A stretch of 21,226 nt of DNA from Candidatus Tayloriibacteriota bacterium (GCA_026395155.1 JAPLZG010000083.1:1-21226), one strand, 5' to 3'; shown: positions 1-8,609, counted from the stretch's first letter. Numbers and translations are program-made. The notes: generated from the sequence alone by a model not told the origin.

Positions 1-246
1 CAGCAATATCCTTCTGTTTGTGACAACACAAATACAAGGCATGAAGTCTATCTCTGTCACATTCTCTCAAATGTCTAAATGTTTGTCTTTTTTTCATACA
101 ATTCTATATTACAGAATTGCATTTCAAAAGAGAATTAACATATGGTTCAATAGCTTGGAATTACCCCTAAGGTATAAAATATCGAGATGTTATACACAAA
201 AAAAAGAACGTACTCAAAGTCCGACATTTTCCCGCCAAAAATAAAA

Positions 247-278
247 CCGCGTGTTTTGCTCGGAAGCAAAACACGCGG
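247..278 (-). terminator. Intrinsic terminator-like hairpin downstream of the 298-885 gene
   Basis: 14-bp stem ccgcgtgttttgct / loop cgga / agcaaaacacgcgg. On the minus strand it is followed by TTTTATTTTT (complement of 236-246). Confidence 0.7.
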
Positions 279-297
279 AGTTTAGCAGGATCAAGTC

Positions 298-885
298 CTA
301 CTTGTTGGGCACCGCAGCTGGTTCATCGGGAGACCATTCACGGACAAGCCGGCAAGATCCCCAGCTCCACCTGTCACCGCCAAAGAAAAGAGAGCGAACA
401 CAACGACTTCCATCGGTGAAGCAGTAAATTGTCCCCCAGAAATACACTGCTTTACCCTTCCAACTTTTCGGAATCAACTCCGGATGCGCCAGGAAGAAGT
501 CGAGCAGGTTGGCGTTGTAGGGATTCTTAGTTTCAACCTTCTTACAAAGATCATTGCCCACAGTCCAATCTCTCTTCTGTTGTTCTTCCGAGAGGTAGAG
601 GTCTACCATATTCGGACGGAACGGAATCTTGCCACCTTTCGTGTGGGACTCAACCTTCCAGCCTTCGGGAATAAAGGGGTCGGCGTCGAGATCCACTTTC
701 GCAATAATCTCAACTCTCCCCTCCGCCACCGCTTGGAGTTCCAACATCACACGATCAAACGGGAGCGTTCCTTCCTGAATTCGCCGAAGGATATCATCCT
801 TGCGAATTTCAAATTGACCACGCAGATCCGTCGGCAGTTTTCCCTTCACGCAACCGTCTTCTCCGACAACTTTAGTCGTCTTCAT
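298..885 (-). CDS. Hypothetical protein, about 195 aa, G+C-rich relative to its neighbours
   Basis: The ORF track gives 298-978. The internal Met (MKTTKVVGEDG...) at 885 is preceded by GGAG 8 nt upstream, so the start is trimmed. No family recognised (C-terminal YFWGTIY...W..W motif). Confidence 0.6.
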   Translation of the reverse strand: MKTTKVVGEDGCVKGKLPTDLRGQFEIRKDDILRRIQEGTLPFDRVMLELQAVAEGRVEIIAKVDLDADPFIPEGWKVESHTKGGKIPFRPNMVDLYLSEEQQKRDWTVGNDLCKKVETKNPYNANLLDFFLAHPELIPKSWKGKAVYFWGTIYCFTDGSRCVRSLFFGGDRWSWGSCRLVREWSPDEPAAVPNK

Positions 886-1180
886 GACAGTTTCTCCTAT
901 TTTCAGCGTCTTATTATTATTTCTCCGAGACATTCGGAGCGATAATTTACGACACCAGCTCACAAAGAGCAATTCCAAAAAACTATATCATATTTGATTA
1001 TAAAGTCAAACTCATTTTTAATTTTTATTGAGAATTGGACGGGAAAAAATTGAACCTTTTTCCGACAAAAAATAAAAGTCGGAAGCAAAACTGGGCGGAA
1101 GCATCACAATTGTGGAACCACGACACGACGACGGTCGCCGGCATTCCAGACGGTGTTTAGCGACAGCAGAAAGCATGCGT

Positions 1181-1411
1181 TTACGCTATTGGTGTTTCGG
1201 GATTTGGGAAGGTTGCCTTTTCGAGTAGGTACTGGAGTTGTTCATAGGGTATATCGAATTCTACAATCGGGCAGTTATGAAGAAGAATTCCTGATGACTT
1301 TTTCGAAACCCTCGCATACACCTTGATAATGTCGCTTACTCGCACACTGGCACCATCGTATTCCAGCATTTTTGCGCCATCAACATTCGACCAGATACGA
1401 ATCTTATCCAT
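1181..1411 (-). CDS. Hypothetical small protein, about 76 aa
   Basis: The ORF track gives 1181-1486. The Met at 1411 (MDKIRIWSNVDG...) is preceded by GGAAGGGAG with 7-nt spacing. G+C-richer than the surrounding sequence. Confidence 0.5.
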   Translation of the reverse strand: MDKIRIWSNVDGAKMLEYDGASVRVSDIIKVYARVSKKSSGILLHNCPIVEFDIPYEQLQYLLEKATFPNPETPIA

Positions 1412-1997
1412 TGAGCATCTCCCTTCCTTTTGGGTTGTTTCTTTTTTGCTGGACTCTTCGCCACAGCTTTCAAGTGATTTTTTCAAATCAACTAAAAGCT
1501 GTGGCGAAATTTTCGTCTCTTTTAAAAGAACTTATTTAGTTAGTATTTTATCACAATAAAACAATAAAATCAATCCCAATACGCTATACATATGGCGTAT
1601 TGAAAAATATCCTTATTTAAAGCCATATCCTTGATATTCTAAAATACCCTTATTTTTCAACATGCTCATACTCATACTCATACTATCTTACCCAGTTGCA
1701 CGAAAAAACCCTTGTATTATAATATTAAATAGGTCTTGAGCTATCTGTGGTGAGCCTAATCTGGCTTACAAAAGGAAAACACAGAGAAATTTAAGATAAA
1801 ATTTTAATAGAAAAAATAATTTAAATTAGAGTGTAAATGCATAACACTTTAATTTCAAATAAGATGAATCCCGTTAGAGATAGTTAAATATCATTCAATG
1901 ATATTTAACGCAGAGAATAACTATTCTCAATGTCATAACAGGATTTATATTAATTTAGATCAAGTGCAAATTCATAACACTCTGATCTCTAAACGGG

Positions 1998-2270
1998 ATG
2001 AATAAAGCATCATTGGTTGACGCAGTTCACGGAGTTCTAAATGGAACAAAGGTTCAAGCGGAACAAGTTGTTGACGTAGTTTTTGATTCAATTGTCGGTA
2101 GTCTAAAGAAAGGAGAAGAAGTTTCTGTTGCAGGTCTTGGTATTTTCTCTGTAAAAGCAAGAGCAGCAAGACAAGCAAGAAACCCAAGAACAGGTGAGAC
2201 TCTCCAAGTCCCTGCTATGAATGTTCCAAAATTCAGAGCTGCAAAAGCTTTGAAGGAAGCAGTTAAGTAA
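1998..2270 (+). CDS. hup: HU/IHF-family nucleoid DNA-binding protein
   Basis: 90 aa. The sequence MNKASLVDAV...GLGIFSVKARAARQARNPRTGETLQVPAMNVPKFRAAKALKEAV carries the typical HU arm motif (R-NP-TGE...P). Confidence 0.95.
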   Translation: MNKASLVDAVHGVLNGTKVQAEQVVDVVFDSIVGSLKKGEEVSVAGLGIFSVKARAARQARNPRTGETLQVPAMNVPKFRAAKALKEAVK

Positions 2271-2310
2271 GAGGAATATTGAATTTGGAATATAGAATAT
2301 AGAAAAAAAG

Positions 2311-2332
2311 TCACCCGAAAGGGTGATTTTTT
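2311..2332 (+). terminator. Intrinsic terminator of hup
   Basis: tcaccc-gaaa-gggtga followed by TTTTTT. An A-run precedes it, so it could act in both directions. Confidence 0.85.
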
Positions 2333-2400
2333 GTTTTCTTAAAGTGAAGCTTATTTAACCGCCGGAAAAGCGAACATAACTCAGAAAAATACAAAAGAAA

Positions 2401-2426
2401 ATCGCGCCATCCAGAGATGGCGCGAT
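2401..2426 (-). terminator. Intrinsic terminator-like hairpin after the 2456-3267 minus-strand gene pair
   Basis: atcgcgccatc-caga-gatggcgcgat. The minus-strand downstream sequence is T-rich (tttcttttgt). Confidence 0.65.
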
Positions 2427-2455
2427 GTCGATTCGAAAAGAATCCACTAAACTGA

Positions 2456-2770
2456 CTACGCCTTGAAATTACAGATATCATCAAGAGTAATCGCTTGATC
2501 AACCTCGACAACATTTAGACTGATTGTACCGAGAATAGCTCCTTTGATGGAGTAAAACTCGTTAAGGATTGTCTGGCAACACACTTCAGCTGTTGCCTTC
2601 TTTTCAGCAGAAGAACCAACTGCTTGCGATGTAATTTCACAGATACGACGACGTGCGATAAGCGCAAGCTTCACAACATCATCGAAAGCATCCTTTCCAT
2701 CCTGTGTTTTACAACAGGCATCAAAAAGGTCTTTCGCCTTGGTGACATGAATTCGAACACTCGTTTTCAT
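2456..2770 (-). CDS. Hypothetical protein, 104 aa
   Basis: Intact ORF lying 2 nt downstream of the 2773-3267 ORF, an operon-like arrangement. No family recognised. Confidence 0.6.
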   Translation of the reverse strand: MKTSVRIHVTKAKDLFDACCKTQDGKDAFDDVVKLALIARRRICEITSQAVGSSAEKKATAEVCCQTILNEFYSIKGAILGTISLNVVEVDQAITLDDICNFKA

Positions 2771-2772
2771 CT

Positions 2773-3267
2773 CTAATCCCCTTTCAAGGCCATTTTTCTA
2801 GCCATGTTTGAGACCGACAGGACCCAATTCGTTTGAACTTTCCTTTCATATCCTATCACATCTCTCCATGAATTGTCAATACTCTTACTTTCACAATAAC
2901 GAGATAAAGCATTCGCATTCGACATCCAAGAATCATGAGCCATTCTTCTGGAATGATCTGCTTGATTTTTTGTTATTCTATCAATTTCTTTGTCCATTCT
3001 TGCAAGAGTAAGATTATCTATGGTAGAAATATATCTAAGCAATGATTTCAAAAAATCATCAAAAAGTTCTTTGGCAATTCCATCAATTTTAGAAACTTCC
3101 TTTAAATCAAAAAGTGAAGAAATATTTTTATCTATTTCCACAGAAGAAAGATCATACCCTTCAATTTTTGGGGTAGTTGGCTTTTCTTCTTCACCAAAAT
3201 CAGGAAAATCATGACCTTTTTCATGACTACTCAAATGTTCCCATGCTTCGTTTAAATTTAATGACAT
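2773..3267 (-). CDS. Hypothetical protein, 164 aa
   Basis: Intact ORF with AT-rich codon usage like the host backbone. No family recognised. Confidence 0.6.
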   Translation of the reverse strand: MSLNLNEAWEHLSSHEKGHDFPDFGEEEKPTTPKIEGYDLSSVEIDKNISSLFDLKEVSKIDGIAKELFDDFLKSLLRYISTIDNLTLARMDKEIDRITKNQADHSRRMAHDSWMSNANALSRYCESKSIDNSWRDVIGYERKVQTNWVLSVSNMARKMALKGD

Positions 3268-3283
3268 ATTTTTACTTATTCTG

Positions 3284-3354
3284 TGCGGGTAAGGCGAATC
3301 GAACGCCTAACCGGAGTTTGGAAAACTCCTATTTTACCATTAAACTATACCCGC
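3284..3354 (-). tRNA. tRNA-Gly (anticodon UCC), no encoded CCA
   Basis: The reverse complement gcgggtatagtttaatggtaaaataggagttttccaaactccggttaggcgttcgattcgccttacccgca folds as a cloverleaf. The anticodon loop is tt-TCC-aa and the T-loop is ggttcgattc-like. Confidence 0.9.
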
Positions 3355-3434
3355 ATTATTTAAATCCTTCACCAAATTGAACCAAATACAACTAACAAAA
3401 CATATTATACACAAAATTTAAGATTCTCAAAATT

Positions 3435-3728
3435 TTAAATCTTTATCACCTCATCAAAATCATCCTCCTTTTCAACTTTCTTTCTTCTTTCAAAACCACA
3501 TTGCATACATTTATGAGTTATAAAATATTCGCCATTTTCTAATTTTACAGAAATCGGTTTCATCATACCGCCACAGATTTCTTCCCTATCACCCGGATTT
3601 ACATCTACGTGCTTACTCCAGAGACATTTTGGACAATGATTGGTAAAACCATTCCCTATCACTAGATTGCCACAATTTCCGCATTTAAAGTTCTCAATTT
3701 TCCTTTGAAAGTTTTTTGTTTGATCCAT
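3435..3728 (-). CDS. RNHCP-domain zinc-binding protein
   Basis: 97 aa with CGNCG ... TNHCPKCLWSKHVD ... CMQCG, matching the RNHCP-domain signature (R/T-NHCP-x-CL-x-S-x-H-V-D). Confidence 0.8.
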   Translation of the reverse strand: MDQTKNFQRKIENFKCGNCGNLVIGNGFTNHCPKCLWSKHVDVNPGDREEICGGMMKPISVKLENGEYFITHKCMQCGFERRKKVEKEDDFDEVIKI

Positions 3729-3739
3729 TACATTATTTC

Positions 3740-3785
3740 TTATTCGTATTCATTCGTATCATTAGTATAATTCGTATATTGGTAT
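3740..3785. repeat. Dispersed ATACGAAT-type repeat, copy 1
   Basis: ttattcgtattcattcgtatcattagtataattcgtatattggtat lies between the nadK stop and the RNHCP start. Confidence 0.8.
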
Positions 3786-3787
3786 GT

Positions 3788-4483
3788 TTAACTTAATACT
3801 CTTATTATCTTCGCCTTGTTTGCTGATTTTTTAATTATTATCTCATCATTGTCTTCGAGCAATATTTCACTTTCCCCATTATCAGCATAAACAAGCGCAG
3901 GTCCACGAATTATTTTAATTTTTATATTTGAATCTTCTTTAAGAACCATATGATCAGATTGTTCAGTACTATTATTGAAAGCAACTCCGATACCTATTTC
4001 AAAAAAACTATCAGCAATAGATCTGTAATATCCAGTAGAACCAAAAGGTGTTGCAATAATTACTCCATCCCCTATTATTTGTCCGCCAATTTTTTTATCA
4101 TTAACAAATAACTCATATCTTATCGCTCTCCTAGGATTAAAATTATGAACAACTATTTCGTTTAAACCAACCAATTTTTTTCCTTCAAAAAAAGCTGAGA
4201 TTTTCATCTCTTTTTCAATTATATATTTCCTAGAAATAACCTTTTTTAATAATTCTTCTTTGGGAATATTATGACCCTTTTTGCATGTTTCACTTCTCTT
4301 AACAATAAATTTTGGAATTCCGGGATACTTTGCTTCGGCTTTCATAAAAGTTCCATCGCCTCCATAACTTGCAACAACATCTGGTTTTTCTTTTTTATCA
4401 GAATCATCAATAATCTTAAAACCGATCTTTTTTACCAAATCGATTATTTCGTCTCTTTTTTTACCATGGATAATAATTTTCAT
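3788..4483 (-). CDS. nadK: NAD(+) kinase
   Basis: 231 aa with the GGDGT motif (SYGGDGTFMKA), NEIVV, and GDGVIIATPFGSTGYYRS, the NAD kinase C-terminal signature. Confidence 0.9.
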   Translation of the reverse strand: MKIIIHGKKRDEIIDLVKKIGFKIIDDSDKKEKPDVVASYGGDGTFMKAEAKYPGIPKFIVKRSETCKKGHNIPKEELLKKVISRKYIIEKEMKISAFFEGKKLVGLNEIVVHNFNPRRAIRYELFVNDKKIGGQIIGDGVIIATPFGSTGYYRSIADSFFEIGIGVAFNNSTEQSDHMVLKEDSNIKIKIIRGPALVYADNGESEILLEDNDEIIIKKSANKAKIIRVLS

Positions 4484-4651
4484 AATATATTTAATTTATC
4501 ACAATATTCTTCCATAAAAAACAAATTTGTGCTAGTATTTGCAGACAATCAAAATATCGGAGTATAGCCCGACAACATGATTACATATTAAACGGGTAAA
4601 TGTAACGACAGCTTTAAATTTCAGTTATCATCTTGAAAAATAATTAAATAT

Positions 4652-4722
4652 CGGAGTGTAGTGTAACGGTAGCATTCGTGCTTTGGGAGCATGCGATCCG
4701 GGTTCGAATCCCGGCACTCCGA
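4652..4722 (+). tRNA. tRNA-Pro (anticodon UGG), no encoded CCA
   Basis: cggagtgtagtgtaacggtagcattcgtgctttgggagcatgcgatccgggttcgaatcccggcactccga has a 7-bp acceptor stem. The anticodon loop is tt-TGG-ga and the T-arm is ccggg-ttcgaat-cccgg. Confidence 0.9.
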
Positions 4723-5001
4723 CAAATGAGAATGACCCTATTGGGGCTATTTTCATTTGTCGGAGTGAACGAGCAAAAGTCTTTGCTCGTAGGTTGAAAA
4801 GTGAATACTTGGAACTTTTCAAAGACGGAACGAGCAAGGGCGAATGAGTCGGGATCGAGAAATTTTTCAGCAGAAAAATATTCGTGATACTGACCCTGTA
4901 AGGGTCGAAATTCCCGGCACGTCCTCGTAAAGCCCTGGGAGTGCTTTACGAGGATTCTATCTTCTCTGCATTGCTTGCGTCCGGGATTCAAACAGCAGTT
5001 T

Positions 5002-5706
5002 TTAAACCTCCTTATACTCAAACATTTCTGGTGGAAAATTCACCCCTTTTTTCATAACAGTGTCATCAGCTCCAATAAAATATAATTCTTTTGGACTAGC
5101 ATATATTGCATAGCCACCCCCTCCACCCAATCCCCCAACATAATATGCATCGGGTTTAATTGTCGGTAAACTAAGATTCTGTCCAGATGCAAGCTGCATC
5201 GGAATAGTAGGAACAAAATCTTCTTCCCCCAATAACATTGTAGTTTTTAATTCACCACTATCAATCATTTTTTGTAAGTGTCTAATTTCTTCTACTGATA
5301 ATCCTTCTCCACCGATAGTCTTTTCTGCACCTATAGTTTTGTTAGTAAGTTTCTTTAATGCTGAAACAATGTGACCAAGATAATCACTATCTCTTACTAT
5401 TTCTCCTCCACTTTCAGGATCATTTATTACATTGGGTGAAATATGGATAATTGAAACACTGTCTGGAGTCTGCATAATCAAACCACTACATTCATAAAAA
5501 CCCTTAGCCAATATTGCACTGTTATGACTGACACGTCCCTCTACCCCACTTCCTTTTTTGTAATCAAACTCTACTTCTGGAAGCTTTGCCCTATCTTCTC
5601 TAAATTGTTCTTGGACTTTCAGGTTATCTCCTCTTTTCTCTCTTTCTACTTTAGAAAATGACTTAATCCAAGCTCCAAATCTATCAAAAGGACTATCAGT
5701 AGTCAT
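5002..5706 (-). CDS. Hypothetical protein, 234 aa
   Basis: Long intact ORF with host-like composition. No family recognised. Confidence 0.6.
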   Translation of the reverse strand: MTTDSPFDRFGAWIKSFSKVEREKRGDNLKVQEQFREDRAKLPEVEFDYKKGSGVEGRVSHNSAILAKGFYECSGLIMQTPDSVSIIHISPNVINDPESGGEIVRDSDYLGHIVSALKKLTNKTIGAEKTIGGEGLSVEEIRHLQKMIDSGELKTTMLLGEEDFVPTIPMQLASGQNLSLPTIKPDAYYVGGLGGGGGYAIYASPKELYFIGADDTVMKKGVNFPPEMFEYKEV

Positions 5707-5765
5707 TTCTCTTTCTTTTCTATATTCTTCTCTCGGCTTGAAAACAGCTCTCCATCTTTTTCTTT

Positions 5766-5954
5766 TTATTTTTTTTCTGCAGAAGAAATCCCCAAAGATT
5801 TTCTAATTTCTTCTATTCTAGCAATGTCAGGGTTATCAATATCTGATACAAGAGCATCTCTTTTGACTTCCAAAGATTCCACCTGGGGTCTTTGTGTTTC
5901 ACCCTGATCAATTCTCCCCTCTTGATTTACAATTTGTGGTTGTTCAAAATTCAT
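5766..5954 (-). CDS. Hypothetical small protein, about 62 aa
   Basis: The ORF track gives 5766-6050. The N-terminal 32 codons overlap a structured inverted repeat, so the internal Met (MNFEQPQIVNQ...) at 5954 is preferred. Confidence 0.45.
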   Translation of the reverse strand: MNFEQPQIVNQEGRIDQGETQRPQVESLEVKRDALVSDIDNPDIARIEEIRKSLGISSAEKK

Positions 5955-6102
5955 TTTTTTATTATACCTTATTATTTCTGATCTGCTCACTAGCGAGCGA
6001 GTTTTCTCTTTTAAAAACCATTTAGCAGCGCGACGGCGCGAGAATAGCAAATTTTCAGCAGAAAATTATGCGCGGTTTTTAAAAGAGAAAACGAGCGAGC
6101 CT

Positions 6103-7704
6103 CTACTCTACGAAATGACTCTTCCTTATCATCTTTATCTCCTCTTCATTTTCTTCTTCCTTTTTTTTCTTTCCCTCCTCACCCATTTCTTTCAATTCCT
6201 TTTCTGGTAATTTAATAAGCTTAATTGATCTTTCACTCAAATATTCTTCTGTATTTAATTTTGGATTTTCCAAAACTTCTTCAAGAAGCGCGTGAAGAAC
6301 AAAACCAATTTTTGGCCCAGCTTTTTCTCCGGTAACTTCCATAAGTTTTACTCCATCCATTTTAAGCATACCAACAGAAATCGGATCCCTCACGGCTTCA
6401 TCTATCATCGCATGGTATTTTCTAAGTCTATAAGGACTTTCTTTCGGCCTCCCCATCCCGATTCTGTCACAACTTCTCACATTCATAAGATCCCAAATAT
6501 CTTCCTTCCCAACTTTTGCAACAATTCTTCGAACAGCAGACAAACTTATCTGCTCTGTATCAGCAAAAAACATATGCCACCTTACAAGCCTTGTTACTTT
6601 TTCAATAACTTTTTTAGGATATCTCAAATCTTGCAAAATCTTTTCTGTAATTCTTGCGCCTATTACTTCATGACCATAAAAAGTTGGTTTTACCTCGCCG
6701 TAGCTTTGAGCGGAGGCGGGCTTCGCTTCTCCAGTCCTTGCCTCGCCAGAGCTTCGAGCGACGGCGGGTCTTTTAGATTTTGGTTTCCCGATATCATGTA
6801 AAAGCACTGCAAGTCTAATTTCCAAATCCCATTTTTTATCTGCAGAATGTTGTAAAGCAATTAAAGAATGTTCCCAAACATCATATTTGTGAGCTCCTCC
6901 TTGTTTTACATCAATGGTTTTTTCTAGTTCTGGAATTATATATTTCAATAAATCATATTTTTTACAAGATTTAATCCCCTTCATCGGCTCATCCGACATT
7001 ATTATTTTAGAAAACTCATCGCGTATTCTCTCCTTTGCAATTTTTTCTAGAAGACTTCCCTGCTTCAATAGTGCGTCCTCTGTATTTTTGTCAATTTTGA
7101 AATCAATATTATTTGCAATTCTCACAGCACGCAAAATTCTAAGACCATCTTCTTGAAATCTTTCATGTGGATCACCAACAGTTTTTAAAATTTTATTTTT
7201 TAAATCTTCTTGACCATTATAAAAATCCTCAATCTCGCCTTTATAAAAATCTTTCTTGCTTGCCACGAGGTCAGCAGACTTTTCGTGGCTTCCCTCTCCG
7301 ATAATTTTTAGTGCAATAGCATTTATTGTAAAATCTCTTCTATGCAAATCATCATCAAGCTTTTCACTAAAAATAACACTATCCGGCCTTCTATTGTCAG
7401 AATATTCTGCTTCAAGTCTATAAGGTGTTATTTCGATAACCTTAAGAGTTTCATCTGTAACACTTTCATTTACAACACCAACTGTTCCATAATTATTTTC
7501 ATAAAAAGTCTTTGGAAAAATTTTAATTATATCTTCTGGCTTTGCATTTGTTGTTATATCCCAATCACTTGGTTTCCTTCCAATTAAAATATCCCGAACA
7601 CAACCCCCAACAAGATATGCCTCAAAACCAGCTTTTTTCAAAACTTCTGTCGCGTCTTTTATTTCTTTTGGTATCGGCCCAAATTCTTTTACTGCTTTTC
7701 TCAT
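6103..7704 (-). CDS. cca: CCA-adding tRNA nucleotidyltransferase (poly(A) polymerase family head plus HD domain)
   Basis: 533 aa with GGCVRDILIGRKPSDWDITT, RRDFTINA and LLHDIGKP. A G+C-rich insertion of about 26 aa lies in the HD region (see findings). Confidence 0.9.
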   Translation of the reverse strand: MRKAVKEFGPIPKEIKDATEVLKKAGFEAYLVGGCVRDILIGRKPSDWDITTNAKPEDIIKIFPKTFYENNYGTVGVVNESVTDETLKVIEITPYRLEAEYSDNRRPDSVIFSEKLDDDLHRRDFTINAIALKIIGEGSHEKSADLVASKKDFYKGEIEDFYNGQEDLKNKILKTVGDPHERFQEDGLRILRAVRIANNIDFKIDKNTEDALLKQGSLLEKIAKERIRDEFSKIIMSDEPMKGIKSCKKYDLLKYIIPELEKTIDVKQGGAHKYDVWEHSLIALQHSADKKWDLEIRLAVLLHDIGKPKSKRPAVARSSGEARTGEAKPASAQSYGEVKPTFYGHEVIGARITEKILQDLRYPKKVIEKVTRLVRWHMFFADTEQISLSAVRRIVAKVGKEDIWDLMNVRSCDRIGMGRPKESPYRLRKYHAMIDEAVRDPISVGMLKMDGVKLMEVTGEKAGPKIGFVLHALLEEVLENPKLNTEEYLSERSIKLIKLPEKELKEMGEEGKKKKEEENEEEIKMIRKSHFVE

Positions 7705-7748
7705 TTGTTTGATTTTATCAAATAATTACCTAAATATAAACTCACTTG

Positions 7749-7820
7749 TGCCCCCGGAAGGAATTGAACCTTCATCACTGGTTTCGAAGACCAATACTCT
7801 ATCCGTTAAGCTACAGGGGC
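7749..7820 (-). tRNA. tRNA-Arg (anticodon UCG), no encoded CCA
   Basis: The reverse complement gcccctgtagcttaacggatagagtattggtcttcgaaaccagtgatgaaggttcaattccttccgggggca folds as a cloverleaf. The anticodon loop is ct-TCG-aa. Confidence 0.9.
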
Positions 7821-7925
7821 AACAACATCATCATACGTTAAATTGACCTAAAATAAAAGTTATAATCATTTTGTTACCTATAATCGGACTTGCGTCTTAT
7901 ACTTAATTGATATATCATTATAAAT

Positions 7926-8609
7926 ATGAGAAAAGATAAACAACTAGCACTAAAATTAAGAAAAACTGGAAAAAGCTATAATGAAATAAAAATGGAGCTA
8001 AAAGTCCCCAAAAGTACACTATCGGACTGGTTTCGTGATCAAAAATGGTCAAACAAAATTGCGATAGATCTTAGAAAAAAGGCTGACATTGGCCATATAG
8101 TCAGGATTAAAGAACTAAATAAAATTAGAGGTGAAAATTTAGAGAGATTATATAAAGAGGCAGAAAAAGAAGCTATTGAAGATTATTCAGAGTTAAAAAA
8201 TCACCCTCTTTTTGTTGCAGGCCTTATGATTTACTGGGGTGAAGGAAATAAAGCATCTCCAAATCGCTGCGGAATAGCAAATACAGAGCCTGCTATGATA
8301 AAACTATTTATGTCGTTTTTATTTAACATTTGTTGTATTCCTAAAAACAAAGCTAAAGCATGGATACTACTATATCCTGATTTAAATGAAAAAAAATGTA
8401 AAGAGTACTGGATTCAAAATACCGGTTTGAGGTATGAAGATTTTAACAAAAGTATTATAATACAAGGTAGACACAAGACGAAAAGACTCAATTTTGGAGT
8501 TTGCAATTTTGGAGCAAGTAGTGCATACTTGAAGCACAAAATTTTAATTTGGATTAATCTTTTGTCTAAAGATCTTACAAAAGAAAATTATAAAGCGGGC
8601 ATAGTTTAG
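7926..8609 (+). CDS. N-terminal HTH plus LAGLIDADG-like (homing-endonuclease-like) domain protein
   Basis: 227 aa. The N-terminus has a resolvase-type HTH (GKSYNEIKMELKVPKSTLSDW). The central segment AGLMIYWGEGNK...IANTEPAMIKLFMSFL resembles LAGLIDADG-type endonuclease folds. The last 15 nt overlap tRNA-Gly(GCC). Confidence 0.55.
   Translation: MRKDKQLALKLRKTGKSYNEIKMELKVPKSTLSDWFRDQKWSNKIAIDLRKKADIGHIVRIKELNKIRGENLERLYKEAEKEAIEDYSELKNHPLFVAGLMIYWGEGNKASPNRCGIANTEPAMIKLFMSFLFNICCIPKNKAKAWILLYPDLNEKKCKEYWIQNTGLRYEDFNKSIIIQGRHKTKRLNFGVCNFGASSAYLKHKILIWINLLSKDLTKENYKAGIV

Noticed and set aside
20-244. 74-aa plus-strand ORF at the window start
   Set aside because: No SD and a low-complexity AT-rich translation. 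It runs into the terminator of the convergent gene, so it is most likely spurious.
484-945. 153-aa plus-strand ORF antisense to the 298-885 gene
   Set aside because: It lies fully inside a better-supported minus-strand gene. This is a typical antisense shadow ORF in a G+C-richer segment.
4552-4567. aaatatcggagtatag, which duplicates the promoter-proximal and 5' end of tRNA-Pro (a possible att site or second tRNA)
   Set aside because: Only 16 nt match, with one mismatch. The downstream sequence does not fold into a cloverleaf, and integrative elements normally duplicate tRNA 3' ends.
4628-5021. Minus-strand ORFs 4628-4837 and 4644-5021
   Set aside because: They overlap tRNA-Pro and a chain of perfect hairpins. 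The translations are low-quality and no SD is present.
6292-7587. Plus-strand ORFs antisense to cca (6292-6801, 6914-7156, 7342-7587)
   Set aside because: These are shadow ORFs inside a confidently identified minus-strand gene.
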